Shown here in pieces: positions 13,424-25,799 of a DNA stretch of 64,000 nucleotides. Source of the DNA: Octopus sinensis (Eukaryota); contig NC_042997.1 of the NCBI RefSeq assembly GCF_006345805.1, forward strand, positions 37,634,001 through 37,698,000, written 5' to 3'. The notes under the pieces were generated by a model. It was not told where the DNA came from. It ran no database searches and saw only the letters and a list, made by a program, of their open reading frames with translations. Position numbers and translations under genes: made by a program. Numbering within the stretch: the stretch's first letter is position 1; each line of letters starts with the position of its first letter.

Positions 13424-16400
13424 AAGTGGTTGGAATTTCCCCATGTCCTGATTCATGAAACATTTAGTGATGGTGTCAATAAAAACACTGGTAACTGTGC
13501 AACCTGATAATCGCTACCTCATATGAGTGACGATGAAAAAACAAAATATTCTGAATAACGGTGGTAATCAAATTGAAGCCCTTGATGGTGTCGCACCTGG
13601 CAGTCTCAGAGATACTTGTCCTACTCCAGCCTGTCGTTATCCAGTAATGCACCAGCACACACGGCGTAGATGGAAGAAACAAGTCATTGCTGTGGTCATG
13701 GAGTGTTATTACTTGAGAAAACCCGCAGATGTAAATGGTGTTAATATTAGGGGATACCGGCAACGTACGTATGATCGATAGAGAAAAAGAGGATTATTTC
13801 AGCTCATGGGACAGAGATTATGTGATCAAGCTACAACAATAATATATAATCGTTGGTTCACCGAAGTAGAGTTCGAAGCTATCAATAGACGGAAAATTAC
13901 TTCTACCAAAAATGGATACAGACCGTATGTACCAAGAAAAACAGGAGAAAGACGACAGTGTGGATGCGAACACAGCATTAGAGCAGAGGAAAACAATATA
14001 GAATGGCATGTAAAAAATACCACAGAACCGCTATAATTAGAAGTAAGTATTGGAAAACAGCAGCAGTCGAAACGATGAAAATACAATTCCTACTGAGAAA
14101 CGTAATCTCATAGCAGAAAACAGAGGTGAAATCTCTGATAAACCACAGGAAAGAAACAGTGAGAGCTTGCTCGATGAGAGACATATAGACAGTTTGGAAG
14201 AAGATGATAAAACTAACTAACTGTTACATGGCAGATGGGCAAAAGGCAATCTACGACAGAATAAAGGCAAGACTATAGGAGAACGATAGCACTATTATTT
14301 GCAGTCTTAAAACTGTTGACCAGTAGAAATTAAACCAAGAAACGAAAATATGGATGAAATTCCGAAAAACATCAGTACAAGAAACATCACAGAAAGAAAT
14401 AATTTGATCAAGTGAGCAAGTATTGTTGCAGCAGAAAATTGGCATTTTGATGTGAAGAAAATGAAATATAATGGGAGTGACAAAAGAAACAATCCATGGT
14501 GGAAAAGAAAAATATAGGTGGTGTTAGATATGTTCTCGAAGGACATTTCCGTGTTAGACCAAAAAGAAGAAAGGGGAGCTTAAAAGGGATCAACGATACA
14601 GGGCACTGAACAGGAAGTATGATATTGAAAGAATGGGCCTAGAAGTAGTAAAGGAGGAACTGAAAATGCCTCGTTCCAAAGAAAGAAAAGATGGTAACAT
14701 ACCACCAAAGAATGAAGGGATACCAGCAGAATAGGTTATTAAGTGAAGGAATTTTACAAAGAAATAAAATGAGAGTGTACATATAAAAAGTTGATACCGG
14801 ATAACATTGAAAGACAAAGATTTCGGAGTGACAACTGGGGCACAAGATGTGCTGCAGATGATCACTGGAACTTGTACCAAGAAACAAAAACTGTGAATGA
14901 AATTCTGAAATACATCGTAACAAGAAACATCACAGAAACAAATAATTTGATCAAGACAGCACGTATTGTTGTAGTGAGCATAAGAAGGATGCTGAATGGT
15001 TCGCAAGAACTGAAACAGACAGTAATCTGTCCAAAATAGGCTGAACTACTCATTTTAGTTAGGGAAGTGGAGGAAATCAGCAAAAAATGGGAACTAGAAG
15101 ACCCCGCAACCAGATGGATTTCAAGGTTACTGGAACAAAAGATTTGGTGAATATCATGCCAACATAGCTGCACCATTCAACACCTTGTTAAATGCCGACC
15201 ACGTATCACCAGTGTAGTAGACAATGGGTAGGACAGTGCTGTGCTTGAAACAACATCGAAAAAGGCAATACGGTAGACAATTACATGCCGATATCCTGCT
15301 TGCCACTTTTGTGGAAATTATTGACTTGAATAGTTGCAGAGTAAATGTAGGGACATCTGGAAAAAAATAGAGTATTGCCACATGAGCAGAAGGGTTGCGA
15401 GTGTAAGTTCAGAAGTACCAAGGATCAGCTCCTGGTAGATAAAAATGCATTCAGAAACTGCAAGAGGAGGAAAATTAACTTAGCCATGTCATGGATCGAT
15501 TATCGTAAGGCGTACGATATGATCCCACATTCTTCGATTATGGGATTTATTAACCTATTTGGTATTGCATCGAATGCTGAGTGATTGCTTGGAAAAAGGA
15601 TGGTGAAGTGGAGGACGGAACTGACTGCATACGGAAGAAGTTTAGGGACAATAGAAATCAGGAGAGGCATCATCCAAGAGGACTGCTTGTCCCCACTGAT
15701 CTTTGTACGGTGATTGATACCACTAAAACTGATTCTGAGGAAATCAAAGGCTGGGTATTTATTCAAGAGCTGCCAGCAAAGTCAATAATCTCAAACTTCA
15801 TGGTAAAGATGAATCCCAAGTCAATTCCCTCGTTGATACGGTGTATAATTTCAGTGTTGATATCATATTGGAGTTCGGACCGAGAACATGTGGTGTGTTT
15901 GTCTTGAAGAGAGGCAAAATCAAATGTATGGACGGGCTAACGATACCGTCGTGTGAAGTGGTGAAGCAGATAGAAGACATGGGCTACAAGTACTTGAAGA
16001 TATTGGAAATGGATAAACTGGTGGACAATGAAACGACAGAAAAATTTAAGATGGAGTACTTGCGACGACTGACAAGGATTGTCCATTGGAGGCTTAACAA
16101 CAAGTATGAACTTGACAGAGCAAAAAAAATTGTATGAACATAAAACCGAAGACATCATAAAAATTGATATTGCAAAGATCCTATGGGATTTTATGATTCA
16201 GTGCGACCATGAGACAGAGAAAAGGAAGCCAGACATAGTGTTAATCGAGAAAGAAAGCAAACGATGCTGGATCATAGATATAGCATGCCCAGCTAATAAC
16301 AAGGTATGCGTTAAAGAAGAAAGAAAAGTCGATATGACAGGTTAACATGTGAGGTTGAGCAGTTGTGTTCGCTGAAAAAGGCGGTACTAATACCAATAAT

Positions 16401-16628
16401 TGTCGGAGCCCTAGAACAGTGAGTAAAAATCTTGAGAAGTTCATGGAACAAACAGTGGTCACTTGCAGGAAGCAGCATGGAACAAATAGTGATCCCTTGC
16501 AGAAAGCAGCACTGCTTGGAACAGCTCGAATATTCCGGATGGTGCTCGAAAAGTAAGGAGTGTTACCTTAGTTCACTGGTAGTGAACATCTGACAGCGTA
16601 CATCTCCAGTGTTAGAAGCTGTGCAACG
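13421..16628 (+). mobile_element. Near full-length degenerate R4/Dong-type non-LTR retrotransposon (RT + RLE pseudogene)
   Basis: N-terminal RRRW..VMECYY...GYRQR; RT motifs [10 protein letters not shown] and [14 protein letters not shown]; RLE DFMIQCDH...KPDIVLI...IIDIACP and QKAALLGTARI. Frameshifted; bounded by (TAA)n. Confidence 0.9.
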
Positions 16629-16702
<74 letters not shown>

Positions 16703-16704
<2 letters not shown>

Positions 16705-18875
16705 GCAAACGAAGTAGAAGTGATAGGAAAAGCTATATCACAAGAATATATCACAAGATAACCAACAAGGCATAGAGAGGAAGCTATGCCAATATATTAA
16801 AGAAGACCAGAATCAAGCCCCCCCCCCAAATTGAGGTACAATGATCGATGCACGTTCGAGGTTGAAACCGAAAAGATAGATTCGGTTCTTGGGGCTGAAA
16901 CTAACTGAAACTAACAAGATTATTTAGACTGCATGTATGGTTGCTGCAGATAGTGTTGGATACAAAGGAAAACAAACAGATCGTCAAGAACCATACTGGC
17001 GTAGATGAATTTTTGAGAAACACATTTAAAAAGATATTTAGGACAAGTCGGTAGATTGAGAAGAGAGGAATTTAAAAAAGGAAAGCTTAAGAATGATGCT
17101 GGAAAGAACATATAAAATAAGAGATAAAGGTTATGATGTGTTATTGGAAGAATTGAAACAAAGGTTAGTCACAACAAAGCAAAATTGGAAAGATATGATA
17201 GGAGAAAAATCAGTTCAGGCATAACAGATTGTTTGAAGAAAATCAGAAGATACTGATTCAGGAACTAGATGGCAAATACACGTAACAATGATTCCAGATG
17301 CAGCGAAAACCTAGGCATTCTGGAGAGGGATCTGGGACCAACTTGTAGAGCATAATGATGAAGCGGATTGGCTCCATGATATCCAAGATACGTTAAGAAA
17401 TATAGAAGTCCAAGAAGACAAGGATAACTACAGAAATAAAGCAGTTAAGAAAATTCCCAAAGATAAAGAGCCCAAGGGTATTGGATGTAGAAGCTGACAG
17501 GGTTCCATGAAAGTATAGCATAACCGCTACATGAGGGCTTGCAGGAAAGAACAGTCCCCAGCTGGATCACAAAAAAAAAGACATTTTTATGTGCCAAGGA
17601 GCCTGAAAAAGGGATTTCCCAACTTGAGACGAATAACATAACATGCCTTCCGCTAATATGGAAACTAATGTGAGGTGCTTTGGACGGTATACAGATACTT
17701 GGAAAAAAGTGGGTTGCTACGCTTTGAACAGAAAAAGGAGACGAAAAGAGAGCTGGGGAACAAAGGAACAGCTTTTGATTGATAATCTAATTATCAAGAG
17801 AAGGCATACAATTCTGAGTATGGCATGCGTTGATTATATCACACTCCTGGATAAGAACAATGGAAATGTATGGAGTAGCAAATAATATGAGAACCTTATA
17901 CGGAATAGTATGAGATGCTGGAGAACTGAATTGACAGCAGGGAAGCATGTACTAGAAGGAATCTTCCAGGGGAACAGTGTGGCTCCACTGATATTCGTGC
18001 CGTAAATGATCCCTTTGAGTGAAATACTACAGAAAACAAAGTTGGGGTATGATCTGGGAAGAGGTAAAGGAAAACTAAATCACATGCAATTCATTGATGA
18101 ACTGAAGCTATTCACAAAAACTGAAGCATAACTGGACAGCCTAGTCTACTGTGTGAATTTTCTCCAATGATATTAAGACGGTGTTCAGACTCTCAAAATG
18201 TGCTGTGATGGTGATGAGACGAGGAAAGCTTGCCAGGACAGAAGGCATATGGTTGCCAAGTGGTTAAATGATGAAGGCAATTCAATCTCAATCCAGCAAT
18301 AAATTTAAGGGAATACTTGAGGCAGATGGAATCAAACACCATGACATGAAGGAAAAGACAAAAAGAGAGTGTCTACAGCAAGTGAGAAAATAATGGCTTC
18401 AAAGCTGAATGCCAGAAACATAATTTTGGCAATAAACTCACGCACAGTCACAGTAGTTTGGTATGGCACTGGAATCCTGAAGTGGACTGAGGAGGAGCTA
18501 AAGAGGATTAACAAGAAGTCTAGAAAGCTCCTAACGATGCAGGGAGTTCATCATCCACGTGCATACTCTGATCGCCTATGCATGAAGAGAGGAAAAGTAG
18601 AAAGGGTACTGATAAGCGTGGAAGACTGCGTGCATATTGAATTAGGGAGCTTAATGAGTTACCTAGACCAAAGTAAGTAAACCTTGCTAGTGACATTTAG
18701 GAACGAGGGAATATTGAGAGCAGAAAAAGGAAAAACTAAGGAAGCAGTACAAAAAGGACACGAAAGAGAATTACGCAAGAAAAGACTATGCAATCAATTC
18801 CATGTAGCCACAACAGAAGTGGCTGAAAAAATAGGTGGTATTGGTTGATGAATGGAACCCTGAAAAAGAGACCGC
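16703..18875 (+). mobile_element. Second degenerate R4/Dong-type LINE (RT region), 3'-truncated
   Basis: KGYDVLLEELKQR, FWRGIWD, GTKEQLLID, GIFQG..APLIF, KCAV..MRRGK, SKLNARNIILAINS...WYGTGILKWT...HPR..DRL. Starts right after (TAA)n. Confidence 0.88.
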
Positions 18876-18894
18876 GTGCACTATATTTAATAAT

Positions 18895-19134
18895 AATCCT
18901 TTCTACTAAAGTATTTCACTGGTTCTTATTTTATCGACCCCGAATGATGAAAGGCAAAGTCGACCTCGGCGGAATTTGAACTCTTTACTTTCTGAGTTCA
19001 AATTCCGTCAAGGTCGACTTTGCCTTTCATCTATTCGGGGTCGATAAATTGAGTACCAGTGAAACACTGCTGTCTAAGTAATCGAATATCCTCATCACCA
19101 AAATTCCAGGCCTTGTGCTCTAGCAGAAAGGATT
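18895..19134. mobile_element. Fold-back pair of SINE family A segments
   Basis: ...GTCGACCTCGGCGGAATTTGAACTC faces GAGTTCAAATTCCGTCAAGGTCGAC... across a ~10-nt spacer; outer ends AATCCTTTCTACTA / TAGCAGAAAGGATT are also inverted. Confidence 0.8.
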
Positions 19135-20216
19135 GTTAATGTTGTTGTTGTTACTATTATTATTGACACTATTTGCATTGCTACATGTTATTTTGATATT
19201 TCCCCTTTTTATAACCGATATAATGCTTTCTAGGTGTCAAATTTCAACCTCACATCCTCGTAGTGACTCATAGACACGGATCAAGTAAGCCATAGACAAT
19301 TGGCGTGAAATTGTTTGGTTAAGTTTGAAATGGAAATTCTTATCCTACTCTTATTGAACATGTGGTGATATATACTAGATGAGAGAACAATTTTTCCTTA
19401 AAGAAGCGAATCGCTTTTAAGAAAGTTTCTTTATATTAGCTGTCCAAGAGGAGTCGAATCATATTACATCATCATTGCGTAAGTTCAGCCTGCTTTTCGA
19501 ATTGTAGCAACTAAATCTTCATGCTCTCCTAGTATATTCAAAATAATTGGTAATGTTATTTCTTCTCATAGTATTGCTAATTGTGTTTTGACCGCTACTG
19601 TTATGAAGTTTATTCGTATGAGTAACATTAGTGTAATGATTATTAAATTTATTACTACATTGTTAATCTTCAATACAGTTTTATCATTATTACGAATATC
19701 AATTACAGAACTATTACTGCCAGTATTGATATCAGTACAATTACTACCCTTTGTTTTCCGTTTCATCAAGAGATTCATTATGTACGTATTATTACTATTA
19801 TGATGATCATTATCCTTATTAATACTAGTATTGTCAGTAAATGCAATTTGCTCAAATTGCTATTACGGTAAGCTGCCTAATATGTATTATTTTCATTCTT
19901 ATTTCGTTCTATTCACAAATTCTTGGATTTTTACTGTTATTGTTAGTACTATACGTAATTGTATTTCTGTGTTGTTTTTAATTGTACTATCGTTTATTGT
20001 ATGATCTCTCAATTTACCAGTTGTGGGGAGATAGCTAATGCTTTGTATGTAATTGGCTTTTATTAAGACTTCGTTATACGAATACATCAGAAAAATTCTA
20101 CCGAAACAACAGTAGTAAATTTTAAACACTATGTGAGTCTTTTTAATACTTACGCCAAACGTGGAACCCTGAATCGAATCTACTGCTTATATTGGATTTA
20201 GTAGTTACATATTTAC

Positions 20217-20535
20217 ATAGGCACGTTACTTAGTGTCTAGGGTATTCGGCTCTGAGATAGGGTCGTGAGTTCAGTTCCCGGCGACGCGTTGTGTCCTTGA
20301 GCAAAATACTTTACTACACGTTGTTCTAGTCCCCTCAGCTGGCAAAAATGAGCTCTACCTGTATTTCAAAGGACCGGCCTTGTCAGACTCTGTGTCGCGC
20401 TGAATCTATCTATCATTAAGGGTACACGTATCTATGGAGTACTCTGCCACATGCGTGTTAATTTCATGAGTGGGCTGTTCCGTGGATCGGATCAACTGGA
20501 AGCCTCTCCATCGTAACCGGCGGAATACCAGTTTT
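20217..20535 (+). mobile_element. tRNA-derived SINE (CORE-like)
   Basis: Head with GTGAGTTCAGTTCC B-box, then TTGTGTCCTTGAGCAAAATACT and CTCAGCTGGCAAAAATGAG shared with the copy at 23078. Confidence 0.7.
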
Positions 20536-20555
20536 ATATTTGCATATCTGCAGTA

Positions 20556-20603
<48 letters not shown>

Positions 20604-20736
20604 ATGATACCTCGTTGTTGTTATACCTCACTGCGAACTAAATGTTTTGCCACGGAGCCAGTCCTGGCGTCTTACTTGTTGATGGGCCCACATTCTAATG
20701 AATCATGTAACTAATTCATATTAATTCGTTGAATAT

Positions 20737-20781
<45 letters not shown>

Positions 20782-20852
20782 CTGTGTGTGTGTGTGTGTA
20801 TGTGTGTGTGTGTGTATGTGTGTGGTGTAAAGAAAATAAGACAAAGTAGCCA

Positions 20853-21101
20853 ATGCTAAGATAATTTTATCATGAAGTACATTTTACTAACGGTTTCCGT
20901 CATTTTAGACTTTTTAAAATAAGAGTAAAATGAAAAAAATTGAAGAAAAATTAAGTGAAATGTTTTATAGATATTTTCATAGTCTTTGAAACATTCAAAA
21001 TATTTCACTTATATTTTTTTTTCCTCCAATTTAATTGTTTTTCGTCTAAAATGACGGAAATCGGTACTAAAATGTACCTCATGATGAAATTATTTTAGCA
21101 T
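20853..21101. mobile_element. MITE, ~250 bp with ~58-bp imperfect TIRs
   Basis: ATGCTAAGATAATTTTATCATGAAGTAC...GTCATTTTAGAC versus GTCTAAAATGAC...GTACCTCATGATGAAATTATTTTAGCAT. Confidence 0.7.
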
Positions 21102-21169
21102 AAATATCAACTCGTGTGTTACTTTTCTACCTTCTACATACACACATACACATATCTATATATTTATTC

Positions 21170-22659
21170 CACCAGGAATAAACAAGCTAAGAAAGATAGA
21201 AGATTCGTGGAGGTGGATAAAATATCAGAAAGGAATATGTACTTGAACGAGTGGAAGAACTACTTAAAAATGATGGAAAGGGAAGGAACAAAAGTGGAAG
21301 TAAGCGCGCTAATAGAGATGGTAATAAACAGGATAGAATGCACGATGATGTACAAAACACATCCAGGTGCTGAAAGAAGAATTAATGAAGTGACGACGGA
21401 TCAGGTAGAGAAAGTACCGAGGCCAATCAGGAAGGAAATTAGATATCTAACAAAAGGTGATAAATTTGGTGCAAATAAAGTCCAATATGAAGATGTAGCC
21501 GATGCAAGTTTGAACGCGGCAACAACATTAAAGACCGAAAAAGTAGTGCTGTTGCCGATATATGGTGGAAAGCATGCCATAAGGGTCAATGTAGAGGGAA
21601 TCCCCTGCCCAGACATCGACGTGGCCTGGATAGCAGCCGCTGTCTTGCTTGCTAACGAGGAACGATAGAGGTTCTCCAGGCCACCAAGGCGGAAGCAAGA
21701 AACTAGAAAGGGTAATCCCTAAGCATGGTGATACGGGGACAGAAGGGAATAATGAAAGAGTTGCCAGAAACAGTCGTGTTTGACGACACAACAATGGTAG
21801 TTAGAGTAGACGGCAGGATGCCTAGATGCTACAAATGTAGCCAGAAAGGTCACATCAGAGCAAACCGCTCTCTACAAGCCGAAAAGGGAAAGGAAGAACC
21901 GGTAAGAGAAAAGGAGAAAGTACCATCACCACCGGTAGAAACGGAAGAAGTAAGCGGAACAAAAGGCGAATGGGTGACACCAGGGAAGAAAAGAAAGAGA
22001 AAAAGAGGAAACCAGGTAAAATAAATACTGAACCTCACCTTAGCCAACTCCCACCCGCACTCTCTTCCTGCCACCCGCTCCCTACAGACACTGAACCTAC
22101 CCGCCCCCTCCAACACAAATACAAATACAGTCAGACACAAGTCATTCAAACTCCCCACCTCCTGAAAAAAAGAAAAAAGGAACTTTGCAATTACTACGAC
22201 ACTTCTAATAAAAATCTCTGTGAAGAAATAAAAACGTGGAAGGACATTAGAGTAGTGGACACTCACAAGTTCGACAAATGCAAGGGTGGCATTGCTGCCT
22301 ATTGTTGGACGAGGACCAGAAGAAAAAAAATCATAAAATTGAAAAGAGACTTTACAATGTGGGAAGTCGATCTACACATTCATAAATTACCGTGGAATAT
22401 GGATTACACGTATTTACTGAAGGAGTACGGGTTCGATATCTTGGAAGGCACCAAGTAGAAATAGAAAAAATGAACAGGTAAAAATGAAGTAACTCAAAGG
22501 TGGGAGCTGAGGAAACTTCATTTCATTTCACAATTCATCTTGTCATTCATTGTAACATACGCTTTTGGGTTTTTATTTTATTCATGTGTTCCCACATGTG
22601 TGTTTGTGTGTGTTGGCCCCTCTGTGTTGGCCCCTTGTGAGCAATAAAGAAAAAGAAAA
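21170..22659 (+). pseudogene. ORF1-only retroposon, copy A (frameshifted RRM/zinc-knuckle ORF)
   Basis: Track ORFs 21114, 21725 and 21970 align with the 463-aa protein (IRYLTKGDKFG~IIFLTRGSKYG; RVNVEGIP~RVRVEGVP; RMPRCYKCSQKGHIRA~RAPRCYKCGLRGHIRA). Ends in the CCCCTTGTGAGCAATAAAGAAA tail. 5' boundary approximate. Confidence 0.85.
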
Positions 22660-22674
22660 GTTACATTGCAAATA

Positions 22675-24591
22675 CATCGGTGAGTTCATGTTAGTTTTTC
22701 CTTTCTAGTTGGAGTTTGTTTATTGTTTAAGTTGCTGTTGTAATTATTGTTGCTAGTCGTTTTGTGCTGCTTTAGCAGCGGTTTCTAGTCGAGCTTTCTC
22801 TGGATAAAATCGAGAGAAATGGAAGAAAGGAGTTTCTATTCGGAATTTAGTGGTTCCGGATTATCCCCTTCAGAGGAGAAAATAGTACAAGCCACCCGCT
22901 AGATAGATGAATGCCCCCTCCCCCTCAAAACAAATTGCTGAAGCAAACGAAGTAGAAAAAAACAAGTATGTAGACTTTTCTGATATTGAAAAATATAGAA
23001 AAATAGCAGCACATGTAGGTGGTGACGTTAAGCTGTCAGCATCCCCACAAGATAAAATAAAATATATGCGCCCTTTTAAAGCCTAGCTAGGTTCACGGGC
23101 ACGGTTTCCCGGTTTCAATGGTGTATGTGTTCCCCAGCTGGACGGGACGCCAGTCCATCGCAGCGTTACTCATTTTTGCCAGCTGAGTGAACTGGAGCAA
23201 CGTGAAATGAAGTGTTTTGCTCAAAAACACAACGCGTCGCCCGGTCCATAAATCGAAACCACAATCTTACGATCATGATGCTGACACACTAACCACTTAG
23301 CCACGCGCCTCCACCCCCAGAACATAATGGAAGGAATAAACAGGAAGTCTGTGGTATACAAGGTATATTCGATGAAGGAAAGAAAAATTGAACATATGGA
23401 GGCTGAAATTATAAAGAGAGGGTTTTGTGCTCAGTCTGGCTAGACATTACGTATCTGGCCTGAGAGAATAAATATGGAACGATTACAGTTCAAAACAAGA
23501 CGAAAAACAAGTCAAAGGAAAACGCGGCAAGAACAATAAAAAATCAAAGTGTTCCTTTACCCACTTATTTTGGGAGAAGGACCTCAAGGATTACGGTGGA
23601 ATGTATCCCACAGAAAATTAATGTGGTTTGATCGTGGTGATTGTTCTCCTGGGAAGTGAGGAGGAAGTAGCCGTCCTGCAAGCCACAAAGACGTACGGCT
23701 CAGCTTGGAAAGGGCAAACAATAGACCTGATTGTACAGGCTGCCATGGAGACACACGAAAATCTAGCAGAGACGGTTTCAATCTGAGATCTGGTGTTGAA
23801 AGTGGAGTCCTCGTTGTTTTAAACGTGGCCAAAAAGCCACATTAGAGCACACTGCCATCTGCAAAAGCAGACAATGGAAAGGAGGGACGAGAGGCTGGAA
23901 AAGAAGCAAGAGGAGAAAAAGAGAGGTAGAATGGAAAATTACAGAAGGTAAAAGGAAAAAGAGGAAACAAGAACAGTGTGATATGAAACCCTATACCTCA
24001 CCCAACCCACTCATGCCCCAGAGACCCCCCTACAGACACTAACCCACCCCCTCCAACACAAAAACAAATGCAGTCAGACACAAGGCATTCAACCTCCGAA
24101 CCTCCTGGAAAATAGAGAAAAGGAAACTTTGCGATTATGTACGATAATTCTAATAAAAGTCTGAGTGAAGAGATGAAGGACATTAGAGCGGTGGCACTCG
24201 CAAGTTTGATAATGTGCAAGGGCTGCATTGCTGCCTGTTGTTGGACGAAAACCAGGGGGGGGAAATTCTTAAAATTCGAAAGAGGATTCGCAATGTAGGA
24301 AGTAGAACTGAACATTCATAAATTACCTAGGAATATGTACTACAAGTATTTACTGAAGGAGTACGGTTTCGATATCTTGGAAGACACCGGGTAGAAAAAT
24401 GATTTTAAAAAATCAACAGAGGTAAAAATGAAGTAACTCAGAGATGGGGGCTGAGGAAACTTCATTTCATTTCTCATTTCTTGTCATTCATTGTAACATA
24501 CGCTTTTTTTTAAAGTTGTTATATTTTCCCACTTGTGTTTGTGTTGTCCCCTCTTTGTCGGCCCCTTAATGGGCAATAAAGAAAAAGAAAA
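22675..24591 (+). pseudogene. ORF1-only retroposon, copy B (decayed; interrupted by a SINE)
   Basis: Remnants KSVVYKVYS..ERKIE, KYGTITV, LPTYFGRRTSRITVECIP, PRCFKRGQKSHIRAHCP. Same 3'UTR and tail as copy A; flanked by duplicated GTTACATTGCAAATA. Confidence 0.8.
23078..23314 (-). mobile_element. tRNA-derived SINE with V-domain-like block, inserted in copy B
   Basis: Minus strand: GGCGCGTGGCTAAGTGGTTAG A-box, GTGGTTTCGATT B-box, then GCGATGGACTGGCGTCCCGTCCAG. Confidence 0.75.
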
Positions 24592-25635
24592 GTTACATTG
24601 CAAATAATTCGCCGATGAAATATAATTTCTTTCCTGTAACACAATATGCGACTTTATTTGATTTAAATAATTTGATTTAAATAGACCTGATTGTACAGGC
24701 TGCCATGGAGACACACGAAAATCTAGCAGAGACGGTTTCAATCTGAGATCTGGTGTTGAAAGTGGAGTCCTCGTTGTTTTAAACGTGGCCAAAAAGCCAC
24801 ATTAGAGCACACTGCCATCTGCAAAAGCAGACAATGGAAAGGAGGGACGAGAGGCTGGAAAAGAAGCAAGAGGAGGAAAAAGAGAGGTAGAATGGAAAAT
24901 TACAGAAGGTAAAAGGAAAAAGAGGAAACAAGAACAGTGTGATATGAAACCCTATACCTCACCCAACCCACTCATGCCCCAGAGACCCCCCTACAGACAC
25001 TAACCCACCCCCTCCAACACAAAAACAAATGCAGTCAGACACAAGGCATTCAACCTCCGAACCTCCTGGAAAATAGAGAAATGGAAACTTTGCGATTATG
25101 TACGATAATTCTAATAAAAGTCTGAGTGAAGAGATGAAGGACATTAGAGCGGTGGCACTCGCAAGTTTGATAATGTGCAAGGGCTGCATTGCTGCCTGTT
25201 GTTGGACGAAAACCAGGGGGGGGGAAATTCTTAAAATTCGAAAGAGGATTCGCAATGTAGGAAGTAGAACTGAACATTCATAAATTACCTAGGAATATGT
25301 ACTACAAGTATTTACTGAAGGAGTACGGTTTCGATATCTTGGAAGACACCGGGTAGAAAAATGATTTTAAAAAATCAACAGAGGTAAAAATGAAGTAACT
25401 CAGAGATGGGGGCTGAGGAAACTTCATTTCATTTCTCATTTCTTGTCATTCATTGTAACATACGCTTTTTTTTTAAGTTGTTATATTTTCCCACTTGTGT
25501 TTGTGTTGTCCCCTCTTTGTCGGCCCCTTAATGGGCAATAAAGAAAAAGAAAAGTTACATTGCAAATAATTCGCCGATGAAATATAATTTCTTTCCTGTA
25601 ACACAATATGCGACTTTATTTGATTTAAATAATTT
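23721..25635 (+). repeat. ~960-bp near-identical tandem duplication (3' half of copy B plus ~80 bp of flank)
   Basis: ATAGACCTGATTGTACAGG begins at 23721 and 24681; only a handful of differences between units. Confidence 0.95.
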
Positions 25636-25799
25636 CGGCTAACCGATTTGTCATGTTTCTGCATTTATTATAGTGATGTCACTACCAGTGTCTAATTGCA
25701 TTTTGACACTACTAATTTCGGTTCTCACCTTGATGAATATTCTGTTCGTTATACAATTTTTTTTTCTCTGAGAAACTTTATTTTTTTTCCTCGTTTAGT

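Noticed and set aside
19234-19284. 51-nt AG/GT-flanked candidate exon (VKFQPHILVVTHRHGS)
   Set aside because: Such sites arise by chance in 64 kb; needs RNA-seq.
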